From a virus (lineage: Duplodnaviria; Caudoviricetes), in the IMG/VR virus record IMGVR_UViG_3300010362_000036, positions 1 through 44,273 of that record: a stretch of DNA of 44,273 nucleotides, one strand, 5' to 3'. The notes beneath the pieces were generated by a model. It saw nothing but the letters and a program-made list of their open reading frames with translations, did not search any database and had not been told where the DNA came from. Positions 24,676-32,312 of this stretch are shown piece after piece; within the stretch, counting starts at the first letter, position 1, and every line of letters begins with the position of its first letter. A program made the translations under genes and the position numbers.

Positions 24676-25242
24676 ATGGGAAAAGTCACACGCAAGGAAT
24701 GGTACCGCCGCGTCAACGCCGCCTGGCCCGGGACGGTCCCCACGCTCACCGCAGAGGAGGCGGTGCGCGCCGCCAAGAAGCTCTATCGCTTCGCCATGGG
24801 CTTCTCGTGGACCGGCCCCGTGGTCGTCACCAGCGGCAACCGCAACACGTGGGTCCGCGCGCGCCGCGTCAATGGCGCCTGGGAGCGCGTGCTGGTCGTC
24901 AACCCGGAGCACGGCTGGCACGATCTCGTGCACCTGCTCTCGCACTACTGTCATGAACGGACGGCCCACGACGGAGAGCACGGACACAACGCGGCCCACG
25001 CCCGAGCCGAGATGCGCATGATCAAAGAAGTCGTACGGCGCGGATGGCTCGATGGGAAGCTCAAGGACGAGCCGAAGCCGGAGCCTCCGCCGATCGATCC
25101 GCGCGCCGTGAAGCTGGAACGCACCGATGCCTCCATCGCGCGCTGGGAGGCCAAGCTCCGCCGCGCAGAGAACGCGCTCAAGAAACTGCGCCGTCGCAAG
25201 CGAGCGATGGAACGATACGCGGCGAAGCAGGCCGCCGCATAA
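24676..25242 (+). CDS. His-rich zincin-like hypothetical protein
   Basis: WHDLVHLLSHYCH...HGH...H and a C-terminal coiled coil; GAGG RBS. Confidence 0.6.
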   Translation: MGKVTRKEWYRRVNAAWPGTVPTLTAEEAVRAAKKLYRFAMGFSWTGPVVVTSGNRNTWVRARRVNGAWERVLVVNPEHGWHDLVHLLSHYCHERTAHDGEHGHNAAHARAEMRMIKEVVRRGWLDGKLKDEPKPEPPPIDPRAVKLERTDASIARWEAKLRRAENALKKLRRRKRAMERYAAKQAAA

Positions 25243-25254
25243 CCCGGGAGAACC

Positions 25255-25467
25255 ATGAGCAAAGTGGAATCTGGGCACACCGCCCGCGTGGTGAAAATCC
25301 GACGCGGCCACGACACGACCGCTTGGGTGGCGCAGTGCACCTGCGGCTGGGTCGACCGTCCGCGACCGACGGAGGAGGAAGCGGAGGACGAGGTCATCGG
25401 GCACGTCGCGGCGGTGGTGCACGACGGGCAGGTCGCGAACGTGGTAGTGCACGACGAAGAATCCTGA
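25255..25467 (+). CDS. Small Zn-binding hypothetical protein
   Basis: H...CTCGW...H pattern; GGAG RBS. Confidence 0.55.
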   Translation: MSKVESGHTARVVKIRRGHDTTAWVAQCTCGWVDRPRPTEEEAEDEVIGHVAAVVHDGQVANVVVHDEES

Positions 25468-25475
25468 CGGCACGC

Positions 25476-25511
25476 AAAACGCCCCACCGGTCGCGTCGAC
25501 GGTGGGGCGTT
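25476..25511 (-). terminator. Intrinsic terminator at the convergence of the two operons
   Basis: 12-bp stem AACGCCCCACCG/CGGTGGGGCGTT with a TTTT tail on the minus strand. Confidence 0.75.
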
Positions 25512-25589
25512 CGCCCTCAGACAAAGACTGCTGCGCTGGGGTTGGTATCTATGCAAAGAGATAACCCAGCACGATCGGCCCGAGAGCTT

Positions 25590-25769
25590 TCACGGCACTC
25601 GAAGATACGACTGCCAGAACGAGGCGGGCAAGATCCCCATGTTCTTCGCGACGACCGTCAGGTACACCGCCTCCTGGAAACTGATGCGCTGGAAGTAGCG
25701 CCCGAACGACTCCCCCGGTTCGCCCATCGGGAGCGCGCGCTTCTCTTGCACCTCGACAAAATCAATCAT
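25590..25769 (-). CDS. Hypothetical protein
   Basis: MIDFVEVQ start with ATGA coupling. Confidence 0.45.
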   Translation of the reverse strand: MIDFVEVQEKRALPMGEPGESFGRYFQRISFQEAVYLTVVAKNMGILPASFWQSYLRVP

Positions 25770-26122
25770 CGGAAGATCCGCATGTTGCCGGGCCCGACGC
25801 GCTCCGCCCAGCCGCGATCGATCGCAAACTGGTGCAGCACCTCGTCGGTGCCGATGAGATAGAGTCCACCGCATCCCTCCCACTGCAGCCGGAAGCGCAC
25901 CTGGTGCACGCTCGCGCGTCCAACCTCCGTCTTCGCTTCCCACCACACCGCACAGTTCCGCGCCGTGTTCATGTACAGGCGATCGGGAAATCCCGGCGTC
26001 TGCTGCGTCGGGCGGGCTTGCGAGAGATGCCACGACTCGAAGCCGAGCGATGCCATGAAGCGATCGCCCGCTGCCTCGACGTCTTTCTCTCGGCGCACGT
26101 CCACCCGAAACTTGCGACTCAC
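25766..26122 (-). CDS. VRR-NUC (PD-(D/E)xK) nuclease
   Basis: EKDVE...PGFPDRL...WWEAK..GR.S.HQ. GTG start at 26122. Confidence 0.85.
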   Translation of the reverse strand: MSRKFRVDVRREKDVEAAGDRFMASLGFESWHLSQARPTQQTPGFPDRLYMNTARNCAVWWEAKTEVGRASVHQVRFRLQWEGCGGLYLIGTDEVLHQFAIDRGWAERVGPGNMRIFR

Positions 26123-26430
26123 CGGTCCAGCGCCTCCTGGTGATTGCAATAGCATCCAGCGCGCACGCACAACTCTGGATGCGGGCACCCGCAGTCCGCG
26201 ACCGCCGCCGCGTCGCGCAGCGCCTTGATCGCGAGGCCCATCTCCAGTTCCAACAGCAACCGCTGCTCCCGGTCGCGCTGCCAGGCCGTGAGCGCCTCGT
26301 CGAGGATGCCCGCCCAGCGGAGCCACGAGCTCGCGTGATCGAGCTTCGCGCATGTCACGAAGTGATCGCGCAGATCGGCGAGCGCGCCCTCGACGCGATG
26401 CGTGCCGTCGTTAGTGTCGCTTAATACCAT
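26119..26430 (-). CDS. Hypothetical protein
   Basis: Coupled; Cys-rich end. Confidence 0.5.
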   Translation of the reverse strand: MVLSDTNDGTHRVEGALADLRDHFVTCAKLDHASSWLRWAGILDEALTAWQRDREQRLLLELEMGLAIKALRDAAAVADCGCPHPELCVRAGCYCNHQEALDR

Positions 26431-26608
26431 GCTTCACCGGGTCGTGCACCATGAACACGCGCTGCGGGCCCGGCACCAGCTGCGGGATCCACTCGTGCGT
26501 GAGCGGGTCTTCGACGTAGATCGTGTCGCCCTGGTCATCGACAGCAGGCTTCATCGTTTGCTGGATCTGCTCACGTGCGCCGCAGATCTGACAGATGCTC
26601 GTGCCCAT
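26411..26608 (-). CDS. Hypothetical protein
   Basis: CQIC; packed in the operon. Confidence 0.5.
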   Translation of the reverse strand: MGTSICQICGAREQIQQTMKPAVDDQGDTIYVEDPLTHEWIPQLVPGPQRVFMVHDPVKHGIKRH

Positions 26609-26810
26609 CGGTCATCATCCCGTCGAGGAGGAGCTGCGTCTGATCGAGCGGCTCCGGGTTCAGCTTTCTCCACATCTCGGCGCGCCAAAGCTCCGAGTGA
26701 CGTTGCCCGTGCAGTGCGCCGCCGCACGCACAGTGGCAGGTCGGATGTCTCGCTGTTTCACATGCGGTCGCGTTGCGCTCCAATAAGGCGCGTTGAGGGG
26801 ATCGTTTCAT
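26571..26810 (-). CDS. Cys-rich hypothetical protein
   Basis: ACETA...CHCACGGALHG motif; AGGAG RBS. Confidence 0.6.
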   Translation of the reverse strand: MKRSPQRALLERNATACETARHPTCHCACGGALHGQRHSELWRAEMWRKLNPEPLDQTQLLLDGMMTDGHEHLSDLRRT

Positions 26811-26839
26811 AGCAAGCTCCTGTACGCATCACGTGCACA

Positions 26840-27170
26840 CACCGTGGTTGAGAGTTTTTTCTCACTACCTGCCTGACTCCCGGCATTCCCGTCACAGAGG
26901 GGTCACCGCTGGGTGTGGCCACCAGTCCCTGCCTCACATCGCGCGTCCGTCGTTCACCGCCCCTTCCGCAACCGGGGAGTCGATTGGAGCTCACCGGTAT
27001 GGCGCCCTCAGTTTTGGTGTCTGCGACGTGCAGTGCCCTACCACAGCGAGGGGATGTGACGGACCAGGTCGTAGCCGTTGCCGTTGCCTGGATTTGTTTG
27101 ATGCGCCCCTCGATGCTTCCTCCCGTTGTTCGTGAGCGTGGCGCGACTTCAGGCTCACCCGGTGACGGTG
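26840..27170 (-). ncRNA. Candidate structured non-coding RNA
   Basis: ~350-nt gap in a tightly coupled operon with at least 5 local hairpins and 4 long-range complementary pairs. Strand inferred from the flanking genes. Confidence 0.45.
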
Positions 27171-27710
27171 TCAGAAACCGGGATCGGTCTCACTGAGCGA
27201 CATCGCCCATTCCCAGCTTTGCTCACTTTCGTCTTCGATCCGTCTCGCGTGCGCATGGCCGTCCAGGCCCACCCGCACGTGCAACTCCTCATCATCGTTT
27301 TCTAGGACCGGCATCGCGGCGGTGCCGTACGACCAGAGGCGACGCCGATGCGGCGCGTCCTCCGGCGGCTCAAAGAGGCGGCGCGTTTTCTCCGCCCAGA
27401 ACAGATCGCGCGCTTCCTCGGCGAGCTGCTCGCGCGTCTTGGCACGACGTGGTGGCGGCGGTGGCGGAGGTGGGGCCTGCCGCCGCCGGGCCTCCCGCAC
27501 GCGCTCCTCTTCTCGCCAGGTGCGCTCGCGCTCCGCCCAGAATGCCTTCTGTCGCGCCGCCTCTGCCGCTGCCTGGCGTTGCTCTTCCTCTTCGAGGGCG
27601 ATCCACACCGGGTGATGGGGATCGCTCGGCATGCCGCACACGAGGCAGAGCAGACCGCCGCCGAAGATGTGGTGGTAGTGGCCCATGCAGGGCCGAAGCG
27701 TGTCACTCAT
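27171..27710 (-). CDS. Hypothetical protein (Zn-finger N-terminus, charged helix, poly-Pro)
   Basis: C..HYHH...CLVC; overlaps the upstream gene. Confidence 0.55.
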   Translation of the reverse strand: MSDTLRPCMGHYHHIFGGGLLCLVCGMPSDPHHPVWIALEEEEQRQAAAEAARQKAFWAERERTWREEERVREARRRQAPPPPPPPPRRAKTREQLAEEARDLFWAEKTRRLFEPPEDAPHRRRLWSYGTAAMPVLENDDEELHVRVGLDGHAHARRIEDESEQSWEWAMSLSETDPGF

Positions 27711-27924
27711 CGCGCACTGCCTGCAGTTGTTGATTCTTCGTCAGGTGCGCGAGCCGCAGTTCGTTGAGGATGAAGTCGCACTGCGCTTCGGCGCTCGCGA
27801 GTTTGATCGCCATCTCGCGCGCGAGCCGGGAGAGCTCGTAGATGTTCTGATCGCGGATCGCTTGATCGACCAGCGCACCGTAGGACTCCGGCGCGACATA
27901 GCGCTTGATCGTTCCGACAATCAT
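27703..27924 (-). CDS. Hypothetical protein
   Basis: MIVGTIK start with ATGA coupling. Confidence 0.5.
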   Translation of the reverse strand: MIVGTIKRYVAPESYGALVDQAIRDQNIYELSRLAREMAIKLASAEAQCDFILNELRLAHLTKNQQLQAVRDE

Positions 27925-28112
27925 TTGGGGAACCGCTGCTTGAGGATTTCCTGAATCCTCGGGTCGTCGCCGTTGACGCCCTCGGGGAAATAGCCGTCGC
28001 GCGCGAGGCGCGACCAGAAGGACGGCGGATCGTCTTCCTTCAGCGTTTCGATGTATTCGTCGGTGAGCGTGGCCCACACGTCATCGATGGACTGGCGGCG
28101 CGGATTCGTCAT
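27921..28112 (-). CDS. Hypothetical protein
   Basis: MTNPRRQ start with ATGA coupling. Confidence 0.5.
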   Translation of the reverse strand: MTNPRRQSIDDVWATLTDEYIETLKEDDPPSFWSRLARDGYFPEGVNGDDPRIQEILKQRFPK

Positions 28113-28564
28113 GAGAGTTCCAGCATCAACTGCCACCGGTGTTTGTCTTCCGTGGGATGCGTGTCGATGCGCGGTCGCGATTCACAGTCCCAGCTGCGAC
28201 CCTTCACGCGCGCCTCGGGAGACAGGCCGAGCGCGCGCAAACTCGAGCCGCTCTCGCGCGCCAGCGTGTACGTGATCAGCGAGGTATAGCCCATCGTCTG
28301 ACACACCCGCCGCGCGGCAGCGTAGAGAAACGAGCAAGCGTTCTTGGTGCCATCGGTCGCGAGGCGCGTCACCTCGGCGTGCGTACGCGCGTGGGCGCCA
28401 CGCGCAACCGTGCGTCCGACGACAATCACGCCGACGAGCGTGTCGCCCTGCATCGCGCCGAGACAGAACCGACAGCCGCGCGTCGTCCCGTGATGCCGAT
28501 GCTCCTCGCCGATGAAGCGATTCGCTTCGCGGAGCGTGACCGGGACGAGCACGAGGCGACTCAT
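28109..28564 (-). CDS. XF1762-family, Mom-like GNAT-fold protein
   Basis: LREANRFI.EEHRHH...GVIVVGR.VAR...EVTRLATDGTKNACSFLY...MGY..LITYTL..ESGSSLRA. Confidence 0.8.
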   Translation of the reverse strand: MSRLVLVPVTLREANRFIGEEHRHHGTTRGCRFCLGAMQGDTLVGVIVVGRTVARGAHARTHAEVTRLATDGTKNACSFLYAAARRVCQTMGYTSLITYTLARESGSSLRALGLSPEARVKGRSWDCESRPRIDTHPTEDKHRWQLMLELS

Positions 28565-29298
28565 CCCACGAGATCCATGTTGAACTGCGTCCCGAACGTC
28601 CGTGTCCAACGCGGCGCGCTCGCGTGGCGCTCGATGCGATCGATGAGCACCAGGCCACCCATCGTGCCCGTGAGGTGATACATCTGCCGCTCGCGGACGT
28701 GGTTCTGTGCGACGTTGCTCGAATCAGCGGAGCTAAACGGCAACTGCGAGAAGACTGTCGGGTTGAGCATGCGCAGGCCGTGGAGCTTGCACGGCGGGCG
28801 CCCCTCGGCGTCGCAGATGTGATCCATCGCCGCGCCCATGCGCTCCCACCAGCCCGGCGTGCCGATCTCCGCCCACTGGCCTGAACTGCCGAAGGCGACA
28901 CGCGGATATTCGCGACAGAGGCGCCCGAGCCGCTCTAGCGATTCGTGCAGATGCCACACCGGCACGTTCGTCAGGAGCTTGCCGCCCAGCTTCCCCCACG
29001 TCGCGAGCGCGAGCTCATTGGCCGCTTCATCGCCATCGATGACGTCGGGCAGGATGCACCAGTCGAAGCCCGGGTGCCGTTCCCACTGCTGCACGAAGTC
29101 GAGGTAGGCGTGGATGTCGAACGTCGCGCCGCGCTGCCACACCGAGTACGCGCCGTTATCGATCGCGAAGGTCTGACACACCTCGGCGGCGAGCGCGACC
29201 TGATCAGGGCGCTCGAAGGACACGAACGCATGACGGCGCGTCCACACGTCGACCGCCACCGAGAGCGGCGTGATGGGGCCCCCGTGATAGTGAATCAC
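28561..29298 (-). CDS. DpdA/TGT-like TIM-barrel base-exchange protein
   Basis: FAIDNGAYS, ILPDVIDG, VPVWH, VAFGSS, KLHGL and FSSADS match TGT-fold motifs (DSG-like, PD, PVxH, HxxG, SxDS). Confidence 0.7.
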   Translation of the reverse strand: MIHYHGGPITPLSVAVDVWTRRHAFVSFERPDQVALAAEVCQTFAIDNGAYSVWQRGATFDIHAYLDFVQQWERHPGFDWCILPDVIDGDEAANELALATWGKLGGKLLTNVPVWHLHESLERLGRLCREYPRVAFGSSGQWAEIGTPGWWERMGAAMDHICDAEGRPPCKLHGLRMLNPTVFSQLPFSSADSSNVAQNHVRERQMYHLTGTMGGLVLIDRIERHASAPRWTRTFGTQFNMDLVG

Positions 29299-29675
29299 TT
29301 CGGCCCCACCATGATCGGGTCCGGCATCGGCAGCTCAAGCTTCTGCGGACGCCAGAGATGCAGGCAGTAGTCATGCGCGTTGACGTAGGACGCGCGCGGT
29401 GGGTGGTACTGCACCACGCACTCGTCGGGGCCGAAGAACACGCCCTTGATGAACGACATCTCTTCCCAGCTGGGCGTGCGATATACGGGGCGCAGATTGT
29501 GTCGATCGATCGGCACCACCGACACATGGTCCCAGTCCAAGCCGTCCGCTGCGATGACCTGCAGCACGGCGTGCCGGTAGGGAATGCGGAACGCGCCGAC
29601 GTTGCCGTAGGAATCGTCCGACGCGAGGCGCCCGTCGCGCACCCGATACTTGTTCAGTTCCGGGTTGTCACGCAT
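29295..29675 (-). CDS. Conserved phage protein (HVS...PxWEEM...YVNxH..CLHLWRP family)
   Basis: Motifs WDHVSV, PSWEEMSFIK and YVNAHDYCLHLWRP. Confidence 0.7.
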   Translation of the reverse strand: MRDNPELNKYRVRDGRLASDDSYGNVGAFRIPYRHAVLQVIAADGLDWDHVSVVPIDRHNLRPVYRTPSWEEMSFIKGVFFGPDECVVQYHPPRASYVNAHDYCLHLWRPQKLELPMPDPIMVGPK

Positions 29676-30012
29676 CGCCCGTCTCCTCGGCCACAACCCG
29701 CACCCGACTACGCCGAGCGAGATCCGGCGAGTGCCGCTCGCGGAACTCCGCCTTCGTGCACCAGTCGCGATAGGCGCGGTCCCAGATCTTGCCCTTGGGC
29801 GGCAGTTCGTAGTTGGTGACATCCAACCACGCATTCGGGTCGACCGCCGCGAGCCGCACGCGCACGATCGTTCGTGCCTTGTTGACCCAGATCGCGGTCA
29901 CGCGAATTGGCTGGAACTCCACCGGCAGCGCCTTCGCGATCTCTGGCGTCTTCGCGTGGTGCGCGACGACGTAATCGCCCTCTCGGAGATCGAGCGCGTC
30001 GTCGAGGGTCAT
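29668..30012 (-). CDS. Hypothetical protein
   Basis: ATGA coupling; SH3-like start. Confidence 0.55.
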   Translation of the reverse strand: MTLDDALDLREGDYVVAHHAKTPEIAKALPVEFQPIRVTAIWVNKARTIVRVRLAAVDPNAWLDVTNYELPPKGKIWDRAYRDWCTKAEFRERHSPDLARRSRVRVVAEETGDA

Positions 30013-30407
30013 GATGCCACCCCCGAGCGTTTGATCGATTGGAGGTGGAAGCCCGCTCGAATGGCGAGGCGTCTCGCGGCGCGCACGCTGAAGCCGCAGA
30101 CACCAGCGGCGATATCGAGCGAGGCGCCCTCAGAGAGGAGCTTGAAAAAGAGGCGGCGCCGGGCGAGGACCGCTGGGGAATAGACTGGGGAATGTTCCCC
30201 GACCGGGGTGCCACCCTCGACGCGGAGGTGCGACGTCGAGGGGGCGGTGCCCTGTCCTTCTAACGCAAGTTCGTACTGGGAGTTACGCTCTGCACTCGCA
30301 GCGAATTGCTGCGCCCATTGTTTGAGAGTACTGATCGCGCTGACAATGGGTGTGAAACACATTTGGCCCACCTGGCGCAACTGCTGACCCCACAACGATT
30401 TCGGCAT
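30009..30407 (-). CDS. Protein with C-terminal HTH, overlapping the attP-like region
   Basis: LLSEGASLDIAAGVCGFSVRAARRL. The only in-frame ATGs are at 30407 and 30362. Confidence 0.45.
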   Translation of the reverse strand: MPKSLWGQQLRQVGQMCFTPIVSAISTLKQWAQQFAASAERNSQYELALEGQGTAPSTSHLRVEGGTPVGEHSPVYSPAVLARRRLFFKLLSEGASLDIAAGVCGFSVRAARRLAIRAGFHLQSIKRSGVAS

Positions 30408-30437
30408 CTAACACCCCGTCTGGTAACAAGTTAGCCA

Positions 30438-30481
30438 TGTCGGATGCTGTCGGTTCCTGTCGGTTCTTGTCGGTTCCTGTC
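30438..30481 (+). repeat. Four tandem 10-bp TGTCGG(T/A)Tnn repeats
   Basis: TGTCGGATGC TGTCGGTTCC TGTCGGTTCT TGTCGGTTCC TGTC. Confidence 0.9.
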
Positions 30482-30490
30482 ACATGCATT

Positions 30491-30510
30491 TGGGGAACAG
30501 ACTGGGGAAC
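30491..30510 (+). repeat. 20-bp direct repeat TGGGGAACAGACTGGGGAAC, copy 2
   Basis: Exact copy at 15658-15677; variant at 30174-30192. Confidence 0.95.
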
Positions 30511-30553
30511 GCCGAAACGGGTCGGAGGCCAAACTGGGGAACGGCAACCCCCG

Positions 30554-31954
30554 CTAGATGGCCTTCAGCTTCGGGAGCCCTGGGTCCTCCGCCATCAGCA
30601 CGCCCTCGCCCTGATACTGCCGTGCCTTCACGTACTTGTTGAACGTCACGCGCGAGCCATCGCGATGGCCCGCCTGCTGCTGCGCGGCCCGCAGACCGCC
30701 CTCGGTGTCCAGCACCCCGCTCTCCGCCTCCTGCGTCAGGTACGAGTGCCGACCCAGATGCATCGCGTGCCCCTTCTTCCGCTTGTGCCAGAGCCCCGCG
30801 TCCTTGAGCGCCTGGTCCCACGCGCGGATGTAGTGCATGTATGACTTCGGGGCGAACGCATCATCCCAGCGCAGCGACCGCAGGTAGGGCTCGATGTACA
30901 GATCCCACGCCCAGTCGCGCTTGACCTCGCACCACCGGTTGCGCGGCGACGTGCCCTTCCGCTTGGCCGTGAGCGACGCCTTCGGGCCGCGCGCGAAGAA
31001 CCACCGCGTGAACCGGTGCGTCTTCGGGTCGACCTTGAAATCCTTCTTGAAGAGCACCGGATCCTTGAGCTTCTTGCCGTCCGGTCCCGTCACGCTGCCG
31101 GTGTGGCGAATGGCGCTGAACTCGACGCACGCCGCGTGAATGAGCGCGAACACCGCGCGCTCGGCGGGCCCCTTGCCCTTGCTCACATGGCGCATCTGCT
31201 CTTCCTCGGTGAGCGCATCGCCCGCCACGAGGTCGTTCGCCTGGGCGTACATCACGTCGGGGTCGAGCGTCTTGATCGTCACCGTGAGCACGATGTTCGT
31301 GCTGAGGAGCTTCTTGCCGATGAGGAACTCTGCGAACGTCGAGAGCCCGCCGCGATGATTCCGGCGCGTGCCGAAGGAGCAGCCCTCCTCGGGCAGCAAC
31401 TCGTTCAAGTGCCTGCGCAGGTTCTCGACCGTGAAGTCATGCGTCGTCTTCGCGCCGGTCGTCTTGATGAAGCGCGCGAGCATGCGCTTGTTGAGGAGGC
31501 GCGTGTGGTACGCGGGACTCGACTCCGGCGCCGAGCCATCCCATTCCTCGGCGAGCTGGGCGAGCGGGCGCGCGTCGCGTGTGTTGAGCACGTGCTGCAA
31601 TCGGTCGTCCCACGAGGCGTTCTTCGTGTGGCCCGGGTTCATCGGATCCGGCACCTTCTCGCACTCCGCCATCTTCGCCTCGAAGCGTTCGACCGTCATC
31701 GTCTTCGTCACGAACATCTCGGCAAGCAAGCCGCGCACATCGCGCGTCGGATGCGCAACGAGCGCGAACAGCTTTTCGAGTTCCAGCAAGCGGCGCGTGC
31801 CCAGCTTGGTCTTCTTCTCTTCGGCAGCGGTACAGCCGAGCCGCCCGAACATGCGATTGCCATTGTCGCTGACGAGCCCGATCGATGCGCCCTCGGCGAC
31901 GGTGAACACGACGTACAGACTGCCTGCTGCGCCTTTCGGTGATGAGAGTTTCAC
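30554..31954 (-). CDS. int: Tyrosine recombinase/integrase with atypical box I
   Basis: Core-binding region (T..N.R..LS.F..FL), HLGRHS (HxxR), AGH and FNKY (Tyr). GTG start at 31954 with GGGGGAG RBS. Confidence 0.8.
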   Translation of the reverse strand: MKLSSPKGAAGSLYVVFTVAEGASIGLVSDNGNRMFGRLGCTAAEEKKTKLGTRRLLELEKLFALVAHPTRDVRGLLAEMFVTKTMTVERFEAKMAECEKVPDPMNPGHTKNASWDDRLQHVLNTRDARPLAQLAEEWDGSAPESSPAYHTRLLNKRMLARFIKTTGAKTTHDFTVENLRRHLNELLPEEGCSFGTRRNHRGGLSTFAEFLIGKKLLSTNIVLTVTIKTLDPDVMYAQANDLVAGDALTEEEQMRHVSKGKGPAERAVFALIHAACVEFSAIRHTGSVTGPDGKKLKDPVLFKKDFKVDPKTHRFTRWFFARGPKASLTAKRKGTSPRNRWCEVKRDWAWDLYIEPYLRSLRWDDAFAPKSYMHYIRAWDQALKDAGLWHKRKKGHAMHLGRHSYLTQEAESGVLDTEGGLRAAQQQAGHRDGSRVTFNKYVKARQYQGEGVLMAEDPGLPKLKAI

Positions 31955-31981
31955 GATAGATCTCCCCCTGGTTGAATAAAC

Positions 31982-32024
31982 GGACGAGCTAAGATCCAGT
32001 AAATGAACTACTTGGAACTCGTCC
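31982..32024 (-). promoter_or_regulatory. Long imperfect hairpin between xis and int
   Basis: Nested pairs GGACGAG/CTCGTCC, TCCA/TGGA and GTA/TAC. Confidence 0.45.
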
Positions 32025-32036
32025 TGACAAGGGGTT

Positions 32037-32312
32037 TCAGTCAGCCGCGCCCGCGCCTCCAGCGAGCAGGTCATCAAGCTCATTCAGGTCATAGCGATAG
32101 GCGCCTTTGTCCCCGTGCCGGAGGTGCCCGGCTACGCGGACCAGGGTGGAGCGGTGCATGTGGCAGTAGTCTGCCGCCTCCGCCGTGGTCGCCCAGCGCC
32201 GGGGCCGCTCAGGATGTGGCCGCTGACCCAGCGCGGTCACGTTCGGGTCAAGCACGAATATCTGCGCCTTCTTGGCGCGGCTCTTAGAACGGAAGGTCGC
32301 TTTGGTCTTCAT
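32037..32312 (-). CDS. xis: Excisionase-like HTH protein
   Basis: WATTAEAADYCHMHRSTL...YRYDLNELDDLL, immediately upstream of int. Confidence 0.65.
   Translation of the reverse strand: MKTKATFRSKSRAKKAQIFVLDPNVTALGQRPHPERPRRWATTAEAADYCHMHRSTLVRVAGHLRHGDKGAYRYDLNELDDLLAGGAGAAD

Larger units (their letters stand above)
30173..30542. other. Putative attP (arm sites, core, accessory sites)
   Basis: Directly downstream of int. TGGGGAA repeats at both ends. Central CCCATTGTTTGAGAG-N7-CGCGCTGACAATGGG inverted pair at 30314-30350. 10-bp phased repeats at 30438-30481. Confidence 0.7.

Noticed and set aside
30260-30440. tRNA fragment as att core
   Set aside because: No T-arm/acceptor (GTTCGAATC...CCA) pattern on either strand; no tRNA gene recognised anywhere in the window.
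30438-30481. Tandem repeats as a CRISPR or guide-RNA array
   Set aside because: Only four 10-bp units, no spacers and no Cas/RAMP-like gene recognised; better explained as phased protein sites in attP.
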